From Octopus vulgaris (Eukaryota): a stretch of DNA of 64,000 bases. The stretch covers positions 1,860,001 to 1,924,000 of the forward strand of contig OX597840.1 of assembly GCA_951406725.2 (NCBI GenBank), given 5' to 3'. Shown piece by piece: positions 1 to 13,343 of this stretch; positions within the stretch are counted from its first letter, which is position 1, and each line of letters begins with the position of its first letter. Below the pieces are notes generated by a model. The model did no database searches, was not told the origin of the DNA, and was given only the letters and a program-made list of their open reading frames with translations. The position numbers and the translations under genes were made by a program.

Positions 1-744
1 ATATATATATATACATATATGTATATATATTTATATGTGTATGTATATATACATATATGTTTTTGTATATATATATATATATATATGAGTATGGGTGTGT
101 GTGTACATACACCATATTCACATATACGCAGAACGAAATCATATTATATAATATTGCGCAGTATATGTGTAGGCATGTGTGTACGCTTCTCTCTGTGTCC
201 TTATACGTATGTGTTATGATATATGTGGGCGATATCACGAACAAAAAGTAAGACCACGATACGCCGAATACCACGTATATATTTATTATAACGTAACAAA
301 TAAATATGATTAAATTCTTATAATATCTTCATATTTCACGATAAATGGTGCATTCTTTAGATGAATATGTTTCGTGCGAATGTTATTCTCTCAGATGCTG
401 GTTTAATTTAAACTTCTCTTTATCTGTAGCATCAGGTTATCAATATCTGTTTAGGCTTTGATAAACATAAATATTATTAGAGAAAAGTATCGGTTAATGT
501 GTTTATGCGTACAACAATCTGTGTTCGTTTGTCTAAAGGCGTGTAGCAATATTCAAACTGATTAAAATTTCGCGAGGAGATAATTCAATATTTTTCAGCA
601 AATCGAGATATATTAACTTATCCCTTCTCCTCGTAATCCTTGTTAATTTGGAGGGTCTAATATTAATGTTTAATCGAAAAAATCTTTACGATGTTTATAT
701 TCGCGGATACTGTGCTTCTGATATTGGATCTGCTGTAGATGTTC

Positions 745-1165
745 CTTCTTCTTCTTCTTCTTCTTCTTCTTCTTCTTCTTCTTCTTCTTCCAATCAGGAC
801 TCACGCCATCAGCCACAAAGAAAAATCTCTAATTTGAGCCTACTCTAAGCTACTAAGAATGCGTATGGCAAGTTGGAGATCCACGCACAACACTCGATAG
901 ACTGGCGGTTACACGGGCACGAAAGCTGCGTTGTTATCCTCATTCCGTAAACGGTGGCTTTTAACGGGTGGAGAGCTGAACCATCCTTGGGTACGGAGAA
1001 TTCATAATCTAGACTAGGATATGAAAGTTTACCACAGCATAGTGGGTTACACCATGGTTCCTCTGCTTTGTGACAGAAGTAGGAAAACAGATTCAGAGAA
1101 AGTTTTGGTGAAAGAGTACAGCGGGGTTCTTCCTCACTCGCTGGAGCATCGTGGAACTTAGGTGG
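745..1165 (-). mobile_element. SINE-like element related to family C, with a different 3' part and a (GAA)n tail
   Basis: 1080-1165 resembles the family C body at 1260-1345; the minus-strand 3' end runs into (GAA)n at 745-790. Confidence 0.5.
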
Positions 1166-1445
1166 CTGAGCACTCCACAGACATGTATACCCTTAACGTA
1201 GTTCTCGGGGGAGATTCAGCATGACACCGTATGTGACAAGCCTGGCCCCTTGAATTAGAGAAACAGGAAGAAAGAGTGAGAGAAAGTTATGGTGAGAGAA
1301 TACAGCGGGGTTCACCCCAACCCGGAGGAGACTCGTGGAGCTTAGGTGTGTTGCTCAACAAACATTCACAATGCCCCGTCTGGGAATCGAAGCCGCGTCC
1401 TTACGACCGCGAGTCCACTGCCCTAACCACTGGGCCATTGTGCTT
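1166..1445 (-). mobile_element. tRNA-derived SINE, family C (tRNA-Arg-like head)
   Basis: Minus-strand head GCACAATGGCCCAGTGGTTAGGGC...GGCTTCGATTCC (A and B boxes); homologous to 1792-1901 and 38478-38670. Confidence 0.8.
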
Positions 1446-1791
1446 CCGCTGTGGATCTTGTTAAATAACATCTCGACAGATGCACAATTATATTGTACTG
1501 TTTTATGGGTTCCTCTGCGTTGTTTTACCTCTGTCTTTCTCTCCCTGTTTTTCTCCCGTTGATCCCTCTTCTTTGATATAAAATTCTATTTTAAGAAATC
1601 TTAATAAATAAATAATCGTTGACTTTATAGAAATCAATAAGATTGTCTTCTCTTGTTGCAGTCACTTCTAAGAAAACAAAAAGGCACATGAATATTTTAA
1701 AATTAAAAAATGCTGTGTGATTCCTCAGAATTTACTGAAATACATTATAACAATAACCAGCACCACCAGTACCACCAGAACCAGTAACAGT

Positions 1792-1901
1792 GAGGCACAA
1801 TGGCCCAGTGGTTAGGGCAGCTGACTCGTGCTTTTAAGAAGGCGGTTTCGATTCCCAGACAGGGCATTGTGAGTGTTTATTGAGCAAAAACACCTAAGCT
1901 C
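1792..1901 (+). mobile_element. SINE family C, head only
   Basis: GAGGCACAATGGCCCAGTGGTTAGGGCAG...GGTTTCGATTCCCAGAC; truncated by a family B SINE. Confidence 0.75.
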
Positions 1902-2106
1902 TAAACAAGGGGACAAACAAGGATAGACAAAGGAATTAAGTCGATTATATCGACCCCAGTGCGTATCTGGTACTTATTTAATCCACTCCGAAAGGATGAA
2001 AGGCAAAGTCGACCTCGGCGAAATTTGAACTCAGAACGTATCGGCAGACGAAATACCGCTAGGCGTTTCACCCGGCGTGCTAATCGTTCTGCCAGCCTGC
2101 CGCCTT
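1900..2106 (-). mobile_element. SINE family B (Nin/Deu-domain-like)
   Basis: Minus strand GGCGGC..GCTGGCAGAA...GAGTTCAAAT...GTCGACTTTGCCTTTCATCCTTTCGG, resembling the Nin/Deu SINE core; more than 10 copies in the window. Confidence 0.85.
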
Positions 2107-2139
2107 AACATCACTAATAATAGTAATGATGCTTTATTG

Positions 2140-2480
2140 CATAAGCACAAGGGCGGAAATTCGCGGAGAGAGGCCTAGTCGATCACATCGACCCCAGTGC
2201 TTAACTGGTATTTTGTTTTTTTCAACCCTGAAAGGATGAAAGGCGAAGTTGACCATACCCGAATTTGACCCAAGAACATAAAGGCTGGAAAAACTAGCTA
2301 AGCATTTGGTCCTGCGTGTTAGCGATTCTGCCAGCTTGTCGCCTTAATAATTCAAAATTATAGCGTATCGAGTTATTTGTAAATGGACCCAGGGCTCAAC
2401 TGGTGCATATTACTGCGACCCCAAAATGATGAAAGGCAAAATCGACCACGTCACAGTTTTAACTGGCAGAAACCACTCTA
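2140..2480 (-). mobile_element. Diverged SINE family B copies (one near-full, one fragment)
   Basis: GAAAGGATGAAAGGC and GACCCCAGTG motifs at 2190-2250 and again, more decayed, at 2386-2445. Confidence 0.7.
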
Positions 2481-2499
2481 AGCAATTCTGTGCTAAAAC

Positions 2500-2660
2500 T
2501 TTCAGGAAAGACCATTCACCAAAACATTCTGTTCGTTTTGAATAGAGATATCGGTCTGGATTTATCTATTATAGCCTCGCATTTCGGTTCTTTCCTCAGC
2601 AACATCACCACTTCTTTGCTTACATCAGCTTCAGTTGGTATTTATGGGTTACCTGCGAAT
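2500..2660 (-). pseudogene. Decayed L1/Tx1-like LINE reverse transcriptase fragment
   Basis: Minus-strand translation VSKEVVMLLRKEPKCEAIIDKSRPISLFKTN resembles the LLxK...RPIxLLN motif of non-LTR RTs. Confidence 0.45.
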
Positions 2661-4020
2661 TTGTAGATCTGAATTTGAAATGTTGATTGTTTTTATATTG
2701 TTCGTAAGTAAATGATTCGTAAGGCTAAGAAATATGTTTCGTTAATATATCTAAGTGCCTAGGGCACATATACAGAATTGTGCAGCATATTTAAAGAGGT
2801 TGTATGTCTCATAGCGAGTACTATATCAATTAGTTTTTGTCAGGAGTTTTAAAACAAAATGTCGTCTTTGATGAATGAGACTCCTTTAAAATCTGCGTGT
2901 ATATGTCGAGGTAGAGAAGACAATCGTTGTGGGGAGACGGTTGAATTAATTAGAACGGATTGAAGCCATTTTGAAAATACATCGTTTTCAACGTTGATGG
3001 TAAATCACAGCCACACTCAATCAGCGATGTTTCGGTGATGGAGCTCTGGAGGTCGTTTGTGCATTTCCTGACAATGCACAACAGGGTCATTTTAATCGAA
3101 TGTGAAGTGAGACTGTTAAATGTTGTAATGTCTTGGTGGTTATATAAATTGATTTCTTTCGGTTTTCGTTTAGACAGTTAAACTGATGGTAAATTGTGGT
3201 CGGTTTATCAGCAGGGATACTGCTTACAGTGCAATCTTGATTAAGGTAAGTCGGACAGAAAGATTCTGCAAAAGTAATTGGATATGCTTTTGGCGTGGGA
3301 CCAAACATTACCAAATTTTATTCTCTAACCATTTATTATCAGTAATATTTTATATATAAATACGAAAATATATAAAAGTAATAATAATGACGAAATAATA
3401 TGAAATATTGATTCTAGAAATAAACAAAGAAGAAATATTTGTAAACAGGAATTATTGTAGACAAGATTTCTTGCATATTTTTGGTAATTCTCCAATATTG
3501 GCAGAATGAAGGAAACCAGCAGACGACGCTATTCCTTGAAGCTAGCAGCTAAAATCATCAGGTGAGAAATGAAAAATTTCTTTTCAACTGAACGGACAAT
3601 TCTGCTAAAACATCTGAAATGGTAATCGAATCATCGAAGACTTCAATTGAAATGAATTAAGCGCGATTTTCGACAGCACGTGGAGACCATTAACATAGTA
3701 AAAGTTAATTTGATAAAACTATAATGAATCACTAATTTCAGATCGTATGGTGAAAGAACATATGTACACACACAAAACACACAAACACACACACAACACG
3801 CACCGACAGCACACGCACGCACAACACCACACATCCACTCACTCAAAGCGCACACACATGCATGCACACCCACATATATACATACAGACAGACAGACAGA
3901 CACACAGACGTACTTACATACGTAAATGTCTGTGTGTCTGCTGCTTGTGCACACGTCTATGCATACACTGTCTATGTGCAAAACAATCAACCACAAATAC
4001 AGATACATTTCTACAAACCT

Positions 4021-4051
<31 letters not shown>

Positions 4052-4147
4052 CATATAATATGTGTATATATAAGCATATATATATGTATATACGCATGTA
4101 TTGCGTAGGTGAGCATGTGTATAGAAATATAGAAATACATATACACC

Positions 4148-4178
<31 letters not shown>

Positions 4179-4299
4179 GTATATATATATGTATATATAT
4201 ATGTATATATATGTATATATATATATATACATATATATACATACATATATATATAAATACATATATACGCAAGACCTGTGTATTATATATAGGCATGTC

Positions 4300-4339
<40 letters not shown>

Positions 4340-4399
4340 CAAACATATGTTACACGCCACACACACGCACATACCTACATAAATACATACATACATACA

Positions 4400-4462
<63 letters not shown>

Positions 4463-4898
4463 CCCTTTAACTGTCTTCGTCGGGTTTACAAATATATAAT
4501 GCCATGCGTGTGCTGGAATGGAAGCGAGAAAGAGATATTTGAACAATTGGTCCATTGATACTATTATTGATTCCACGAATATTAGTTTGGCAACCTAAGC
4601 ACGCAATGCTAATATAATGCAAAGTAAATAATGGTGAATTTTGAAAATGGTAAAATACGTTACCTTAACAGAGAGACAAACAAACAAAAAAAACAAAACA
4701 AACAAATCAAACAGCAAAAGTCAAACAATAATATAAGCAATCAAGGAAATATATACATACGTGTGTATATGCGCGCATGCGTGTCTGCATGCGTGCTTCT
4801 GTGTGTGTGTGTATGTGTGTGTGTGTAGTTATTTGGTTTACTTTATTGAAAATACTTAAATTAGTTTATATCTCATTTTTGAAATATAGAGAGACCAA

Positions 4899-4968
<70 letters not shown>

Positions 4969-5045
4969 CATATATACATATATACGTTCATATTCATATT
5001 ATAGACATATATATATATATATATATAAACGCATATATATATATA

Positions 5046-5090
<45 letters not shown>

Positions 5091-5489
5091 ATATATATAC
5101 ATATGCGTATATGCATATATATATTTATGTTTACATGTATATATTTATGTATATATACATACGCAATACTCAAAGTTCGCATGTGGTAAAATATATTCTT
5201 GTTTGTACAGGATATATAATTATATGTACGTACGTATGTATGTATATATGTATGTATGAATATGTGTATTTATGTATGTGTATGTTTGCATGTATGTGTA
5301 CGTAATGTACATCAGGCGCAGCTCACTTTCGTCTAAATGTCATTTCAAGATTTTAATGCGATTCAAAATTTAAACTGAATATTCAGATAAAGGGAAAGAA
5401 CCCTGTAATATAGAAATGCAGCAATTAATTCAGTTATTTATTCTGAAACATATGGCTCCTGTCTACATCTGCCGTAAGCTTATATATAT

Positions 5490-5645
5490 ATAGCCAGCGG
5501 GGCCTCATATCAATGAGGGGTGGGGGGCGATGCGCATTGAGGCCGTCGAGAGGTGGGCCCCGAATAGGCGCGCATTCTCTCCTGATGACCCCATACACAT
5601 GCAGGCTTCTGGTATGCGGAGTTTTTGACTGGGCATTTTTGCATC
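5490..5645 (+). repeat. Unclassified coding-like repeat fragment (homologue at 22370-22514, opposite strand)
   Basis: EAVERWAPNRRAFSPDDPIHMQASGMRSF aligns without gaps to DAVKRMASKQRALSPDDPINLLAPGIRRF. Confidence 0.55.
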
Positions 5646-6054
5646 TCTTTCTCTTTTTTCTCTTTTACTTGTTTCAGTCATTTGACTGCGGCCATGCTGG
5701 AGCACCGCCTTTAGTCGAGCAACTCGACCCCGGGACTTATTCTTTGTAAGCCCAGTACTTTTTCTATCGGTCTCTTTTTTGCCGAACCGCTAAGTGACGG
5801 GGACGTAAACACACCAGCATCGGTTGTCAAGCAATGCTAGGGGAACAAACACAGACACACAAACAAACACATATATATATATACATATATACGACAGGCT
5901 TCTTTCAGTTTCCGTCTACCAAATCCACTCACAAGGCATTGGTCGGCCCAGGGCTATAGCAGAAGACACTTGCCCAAGATGCCACGCAGTGGGACTGAAC
6001 CCGGAACCATGTGGTTGCTTAGCAAGCTACTTACCACACAGCCACTCCTGCGCC
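5646..6054 (-). mobile_element. tRNA-derived SINE, family A (internal TA/TG microsatellite), full length
   Basis: Head GGCGCAGGAGTGGCTGTGTGGTAAG...GGTTCAGTCCC, internal (TA)n, 3' GCAGTCAAATGACTGAAACAAGTAAAAGAG; about 12 copies in the window. Confidence 0.9.
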
Positions 6055-6292
6055 TATGTGCAAGTTGTTTGCAAGACATCTGTTTCTTACCTGCTTTTGG
6101 GTAAATATGTCCTCTGATCGCTACATTATTATATTCATGCATTTTACTCGTCAATTTGCCTTTCATTCTTTCGTGGTCGATACATAAAAAAATCAGTGAA
6201 ACATTGGAGTCGATATAATCCACACATCCTCTTCCCCCCAAATCGCTACGCTTGTGACAAAATTTGAAAACATTATTATTAATATTAGAGTT

Positions 6293-6500
6293 AAGACGAC
6301 CAGCTGACAGAATTGTTAGCAGACCGGACGAAATACTTAGCGGTTTTTCGCTCGTCGCTACGTTCTGAGTTCAAATTCCACAGAGGTCGACTTTGCCTTT
6401 CATCCCTTCGGCGTCGATAAATAAATTACCAGTGAAACACTAATGTTGATGCAATTCACCAGTCCCCTCCCACCTTATTTGAAGCCTTGTGCCTCCAGTA
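6293..6500 (+). mobile_element. SINE family B
   Basis: GTTCTGAGTTCAAATTCC...GTCGACTTTGCCTTTCATCC; followed by a (TAA)n tail. Confidence 0.8.
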
Positions 6501-6508
6501 AAAAGGAT

Positions 6509-6679
<171 letters not shown>

Positions 6680-6685
6680 GCTAGA

Positions 6686-6897
6686 GTGGCGAGCTGGCAG
6701 AATCATTAGCACGCCGAAGAAAATGCTTTTCGGTATATAGTCCGTCTTTCCGTTCTGAGTTCAAATTCTGTCGAGGTCGATTTCACTTTTCATCCTTTCG
6801 GGGTCGATTACATAAGTACTAGTTATGCACTGGGGTCCATGTAATCGACTTAATCCCTTCCCCAAAATTTGAGCCTTTGTCCCTCTAGTAGTAAGGA
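6686..6897 (+). mobile_element. SINE family B
   Basis: GTGGCGAGCTGGCAGAATCATTAGC...CCTTTCGGGGTCGAT. Confidence 0.85.
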
Positions 6898-6909
6898 TTA
6901 TATTTATTA

Positions 6910-7310
6910 CTAGCAGTATCGCCCGGCGTTGCTCGGGTTTGTAAGGGAAATAACTATACAAGCATTTTTAGAGATGTAAAGTATAATAGCCATCTCAATA
7001 TGGCTAACCACAAAGGGGGGGTGTTACTGTAGCTGTTTACGTTCTGAGAGTTTATAATACATTTTTGGAGAGTTACTTCCCTTATATAATAGCAAAATAA
7101 ATGCATTAAAAATGGGAAAAAATTATGGTAAATTTGTTTTTAATCGTAGACTCATCGTAGATGCGCGCTAATACACAGAAGGGCTCGTTATGAATCACGA
7201 CTATAAGATACCCGCTTTCGGTTACACTGCACCGCAAAATGTGGGAGTAGTTAGGAATCTAGATCGTAGGAGACAGACACCACACAACCTCACTTTTATA
7301 TATATATAGA
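6910..7310 (-). mobile_element. Non-autonomous Helitron, complete (401 bp)
   Basis: Minus strand begins TCTATATAT, ends with a GC hairpin CCCGAGCAACGCCGGG and CTAG; inserted between A and T (a6909/t7311) with no TSD. Confidence 0.85.
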
Positions 7311-7624
7311 TTAATACTGTTTTTTTTTTCAGCCCAAAATACAATGATAGTGAAAAAGTCTATCAAAATATAACAGTGGGAAATATATTATAGTTGCTGT
7401 AAAAATAACATGATTCCACACCTATACTTTCATGGAAATGTAAAAAAAAAATATTATTATATTATAAGGAAATACGAGGAATATATCAAATATATTTATA
7501 TCGAATTTATTTATATCGGCAGATCGATTTCGGAATAATATATCTGAGCATGTGTGCGCATTTACTGTATATATAGGCATAAGCAACCTCTGTACATGCA
7601 TACATTCATACACATATACATATA

Positions 7625-7687
<63 letters not shown>

Positions 7688-7689
7688 GG

Positions 7690-7869
7690 AGAGAGAGAGA
7701 GAGAGAGATTCAGTTGTGTGTGTTCGTGTTAGTGTCCGTGTGTATATGCATGTTTATGAGCATGTGTGTATATAAGTACATGTATATTATGTTTAAAAAA
7801 TATCACCGGTTTATTTTAATTCAGAATGTGAATATGTGTCTGTACGTGTTTGTAAATATATATGCCTGC

Positions 7870-7919
<50 letters not shown>

Positions 7920-8078
7920 ATGCGTGTGTGTGTGTGTATAAATATAAATATATTATATAGTAAATATATATATATATATATTTATATATATATTTATATT
8001 TATATTTTTATATACATATACGCATACTTATATATCTATAGAGATAGTCGTACATCGTACGTATATATGTATGTACAT

Positions 8079-8120
<42 letters not shown>

Positions 8121-8616
8121 CTACTTCGAATCAGTATGTACGTATTACCAAATATAAACCGCATTTTTTCCACAGGTATTCTATTCAGAAGAAAACTAAA
8201 CGCCATCGTTAAAGAAACTAAACAAACAAAAAAAAAAGAAAAAAAACGAAGACGGAACCGTAAATCGAGGCTAATAAATCGGTAGATACGATGCCAAGTT
8301 TAGCCTTTACTGAATAGAAGAATATTTCTATAAAACATTCACACACCTATTCATCAATTCCGCTTCGTTTTGCTGTTTAACCTCCAGTAAACTCTAAACG
8401 ACGAAGAATCGCGACCCGGCTGATATTCTGCAGCTTATATTGACATATGTAGAAACGTTAGTACGAACCTATGTATATATGTATGTATGTATGTATATAT
8501 GTATGTATGTATGTATATATGTATTCAATTTTGATTGTTTGTATGCATGTATATATATATATATATTTATGCATGCATGTATGAATATATATGAATATAT
8601 ATATATATATGTATGC

Positions 8617-8682
<66 letters not shown>

Positions 8683-8684
8683 GC

Positions 8685-8716
<32 letters not shown>

Positions 8717-8723
8717 ATATATA

Positions 8724-8754
<31 letters not shown>

Positions 8755-8781
8755 GTATAGATATATGTATATATGTATATA

Positions 8782-8822
<41 letters not shown>

Positions 8823-9121
8823 GTATGTATAAACACATATCTTTGTCAGTAGACGATGTACGTCGCTGCTTTTCTGTATGTATGCGTGTATATTAGTATG
8901 TACGTATCTTCATCTATTAATGCATATAAATATATATCTATATCTATGTGTGTGAATGTGCGTGTGAGTGTGTGTGAGTGTTTGTTTGTGTGTATATGTA
9001 TATGTACGCGTGTGTGTGTGTGTGTTAATAAATTAGATAACGAATTTGATATGTGCTCAATGAATATGTCTTATTTTATACGTGTAAACGTATAATTATC
9101 TCATGCAGAGTATCTATATAC

Positions 9122-9195
<74 letters not shown>

Positions 9196-9380
9196 GAGAG
9201 AGAGAGAGAGAGAGAGAGATTCAGTTGTGTGTGTTCGTGTTAGTGTCCGTGTGTATATGCATGTTTATGAGCATGTGTGTATATAAGTACATGTATATTA
9301 TGTTTAAAAAATATCACCGGTTTATTTTAATTCAGAATGTGAATATGTGTCTGTACGTGTTTGTAAATATATATGCCTGC

Positions 9381-9458
<78 letters not shown>

Positions 9459-9617
9459 ATGCGTGTGTGTGTGTGTATAAATATAAATATATTATATAGT
9501 AAATATATATATACATATATTTATATATATATTTATATTTATATTTTTATATACATATACGCATACTTATATATCTATAGAGATAGTCGTACATCGTACG
9601 TATATATGTATGTACAT

Positions 9618-9659
<42 letters not shown>

Positions 9660-10157
9660 CTACTTCGAATCAGTATGTACGTATTACCAAATATAAACCG
9701 CATTTTTTCCACAGGTATTCTATTCAAAAGAAAACTAAACGCCATCGTTAAAGAAACTAAACAAACAAAAAAAAAAGAAAAAAAACGAAGACGGAACCGT
9801 AAATCGAGGCTAATAAATCGGTAGATACGATGCCAAGTTTAGCCTTTACTGAATAGAAGAATATTTCTATAAAACATTCACACACCTATTCATCAATTCC
9901 GCTTCGTTTTGCTGTTTAACCTCCAGTAAACTCTAAACGACGAAGAATCGCGACCCGGCTGATATTCTGCAGCTTATATTGACATATGTAGAAACGTTAG
10001 TACGAACCTATGTATATATGTATGTATGTATGTATATATGTATGTATGTATGTATGTATATATGTATTCAATTTTGATTGTTTGTATGCATGTATATATA
10101 TATATATTTATGCATGCATGTATGAATATATATGAATATATATATATATATGTATGC

Positions 10158-10245
<88 letters not shown>

Positions 10246-10251
10246 ATATAT

Positions 10252-10300
<49 letters not shown>

Positions 10301-10323
10301 AGATATATGTATATATGTATATA

Positions 10324-10372
<49 letters not shown>

Positions 10373-10666
10373 AAACACATATCTTTGTCAGTAGACGATG
10401 TACGTCGCTGCTTTTCTGTATGTATGCGTGTATATTAGTATGTACGTATCTTCATCTATTAATGCATATAAATATATATCTATATCTATGTGTGTGAATG
10501 TGCGTGTGAGTGTGTGTGAGTGTTTGTTTGTGTGTATATGTATATGTACGCGTGTGTGTGTGTGTGTTAATAAATTAGATAACGAATTTGATATGTGCTC
10601 AATGAATATGTCTTATTTTATACGTGTAAACGTATAATTATCTCATGCAGAGTATCTATAAACGTA
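7690..10666. repeat. Near-identical tandem duplication, unit about 1.5 kb
   Basis: Unique text (e.g. GATTCAGTTGTGTGTGTTCG, GAATCGCGACCCGGCTG, CATGCAGAGTATCTATA) occurs twice in the same order; differences are mostly (TA)n lengths. Confidence 0.95.
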
Positions 10667-10995
10667 TGAACATATATTTATTTACAATAATATCCAAATC
10701 TATATATATAAATAAGAACATGTGTGTGTATATATATATAAAGATGATAGAAAGGCTGTGCGATATATAGATGGATACAGAGATAGAGAGCTAGATAGAT
10801 AAATAGTAGAGATAGGTAGGTACGTATATAGATAGAAAAACATATAGATAGATAGGTAGATCGATAGATAGATAGGTATGTAGGTAGGTGAGTAGGTAAG
10901 TAGATAGATAGATTGATATATATATATGAGCATGTATGTATATATGTATGTATAAAATATATATATATATATTTATAGGCATGTATGCATATATG

Positions 10996-11059
<64 letters not shown>

Positions 11060-11364
11060 ATAAATAAAAATATATCCATACATAGAAACATATATGTACG
11101 TACCTACATCTACATGTATATATACATGCACATATAAACGTAAGTACAGGTCGCCACAACAAGACGTAGAAACGGGAAAAACAAAATTTTTACGACAAGT
11201 ACAGGACAGGCTACACAAGAAAAAATCCAAAATTTTTTACAACAAGAAAACAAGTACAGGACATGCTACACAAGGAAAAATCCATCGTCATCAGCTGTCG
11301 CTAGTTGACTCAGGCGTGTTTCGAAGGCAACATATATATGTGTGTGTAAGTGTGTGTGTTTGTG

Positions 11365-11545
11365 TCGACAGTTTTAATAAAAATAAAGAAAAAGCAAACG
11401 AACGTGATGACGTGCACCAGAGATGTAAACGCTTGACACTTGGTGAAAGGAGAGTTTGACGTTTCGCGCATTACTCTTCGTCAGAAAGAGAAAGGGAGAA
11501 TCGTGAAGAAATCGCTTGTGGCTCACGCGTATTTACTTTCCTGAA
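11365..11545 (-). mobile_element. Short PLE-terminus-like element with minimal hammerhead motif (11455-11487)
   Basis: Minus: UUU CUGACGA A GAG UAAUG CGC GAAAC GUC AAA; core intact, one mismatch in stem II. Confidence 0.6.
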
Positions 11546-12487
11546 TTGAACAGAAGTAGAAACATATATATGTGTGTGTGTGTGTGTATCTATCCATCTA
11601 TCTGTCTGTCTATTAATCTATCTATCTGTGTATGTCTATGCGTGTGTATCTGCGTGTGTATCTGTGTGTCGGTGTGTGTCTGTGCGTGTATGAATGTACG
11701 TATGCTTAAGTATATTTCTATATATGTATATATGTTTCCATCACTCTCTCTATGTCTCTGATATGTCAGAGTACAACACTGATGTAGGAAAGGAAATATA
11801 AAAAAAAGAAAAACGTGTGGAATTTGGTGCTATATCATGAAACCTTTAAGGATGTAATTGAGATTGTAAAAAAAATTAACCATACAGCAATCACCCTTTC
11901 CCTCATCCAATTAGTGTAGTTCTATTAAATCTTTTAATTTTGATGATTTCGCCCGTTAAGACAAGATTACGCTAGAAAGCCCAAACTGTATTTATTTATT
12001 TGTTTGTAATTAAAAACCAAAATAGATATTTAAAACGATTAAGAATTATATCGCAGATAATGTTAGCAATATAAAGTAAAACGAATACAGATTCAGGGAG
12101 AGAAATTTTGAGAATTCTAATACATTCCAAAGTATTACCATAACAGATCCAAGGCAGAGTTATATGGAAATTTATGAAAATGAGATAATGTGTAGATAAC
12201 AAGAAAAAAAAAGACAAGATTATCAATGGAAAGAAACTGAGAATACGTCTAAGGGCATGCAGAAGTAAGATCTAACGAAGAAAGAATGTACAGGAAAAAG
12301 GAAAATGATCGTACTGGAAGGACCTTTGCACGTTTGCTCTAACATAGCTTAAGGAGGATCATTGTGATGAGTGGAAACCGGTCGAATCAAATTATACTGA
12401 ATCCTATCAAATAAACGTGTATATAAATATATATGTATGTATCTTTACTTTTACGTATGTACGGATATATATATATATTCAGTATTT

Positions 12488-12878
12488 GCTGTGTGGTAAG
12501 TAGCTTGCTTACCAACCATATGGTTCCGGGTTCAGTCCCACTGCGTGCCATCTTCGGCAAATGTCTTCTGCTATAGCCCCGGGCCGACCAATGCCTTGTG
12601 AGTGGATTTGGTAGACGGAAACTAAAAGAAGCCTGTCGTATATATGTATATATATATATGTATGTGTGTGTATAAGTTTGTGTGTCTGTATTTGTCTCCC
12701 TAGCATGCGTGACAACCGATGCTGGTGTGTTTACGTCCCCGTCACTTAGCGGTTCGGCAAAAGAATAAGTACTTGCTTGCAAAGAATAAGTCCCGGGGAC
12801 GATTTGCTCGACTAAAGGCGGTGCTCCAGCATGGCCGCAATCAAATGACTGAAACAAGTAAAAGAAAAGAAAGAAAGA
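12488..12878 (+). mobile_element. SINE family A
   Basis: Matches the other family A copies end to end, lacking the first few bases. Confidence 0.9.
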
Positions 12879-12895
12879 ATGAAATATATATATGT

Positions 12896-13232
12896 TGGCT
12901 CGGTGGTTAGAGCGTCGAGCTTACGATCGTGAGGTTGTGAGCTCGAATCCCGAACCGGGCTGCGTGTTGTGTTCTTGAGCAAAGCACTTTATTTCACGTT
13001 GTTCCAGTTCACTCAGCTGTAGAAATGAGTTGCGACGTCACTGGTGCCAAGCTGTATCGACCTTTGTCTTTCCCTTGGATAACACTGGTGGCGTGGAGAG
13101 GGGAGGCTGGTATGCATGGGCGACTGCTGGTCTTCCATAAACAACCTTGCCCGGACTTGTGTCTAGGAGGGTAACTTTCTAGGTGCAATCCCATGGTCAT
13201 TCATGACCGAAGGGGGTCTTTACCCCCTTTAC

Positions 13233-13234
<2 letters not shown>
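12896..13234 (+). mobile_element. tRNA-derived SINE, family D (tRNA-Arg(ACG)-like head)
   Basis: TGGCTCGGTGGTTAGAGCG...CTTACGATC...TCGAATCC, then GTGTTCTTGAGCAAAGCACTT; 3' (TTTACCC) repeat; related fragment at 40980-41085. Confidence 0.75.
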
Positions 13235-13272
<38 letters not shown>

Positions 13273-13274
13273 GT

Positions 13275-13343
13275 TACTTAAAAGCAGCAGAAAGATAACA
13301 ACAGCTGTTATTCAGAGTTTCACGTTCCCGTTCATCTGAGGAT
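13275..13343 (-). mobile_element. Short (TA)n-adjacent element end with decayed hammerhead-like motif
   Basis: Minus: CAGAUGA ACG GGAA CGU GAAA CUCUGAA UA ACAG (U4A, stem II intact). Confidence 0.4.

Noticed and set aside
3165-3255. Possible host exon (AG acceptor, AAG/GTAAGT donor near 3245)
   Set aside because: Short, no recognisable protein, and no partner exons that I can support.
5544-5625. GUC-GAGAG..CUCUC-CUGAUGA-stem as a type III hammerhead
   Set aside because: No GAAA strand; the homologue at 22.4 kb conserves codons rather than stems.
12896-12965. tRNA-like sequences here and at 1375-1445, 1792-1865 and 38600-38670 as tRNA genes
   Set aside because: Acceptor stems do not close and each continues into a repeated SINE body.
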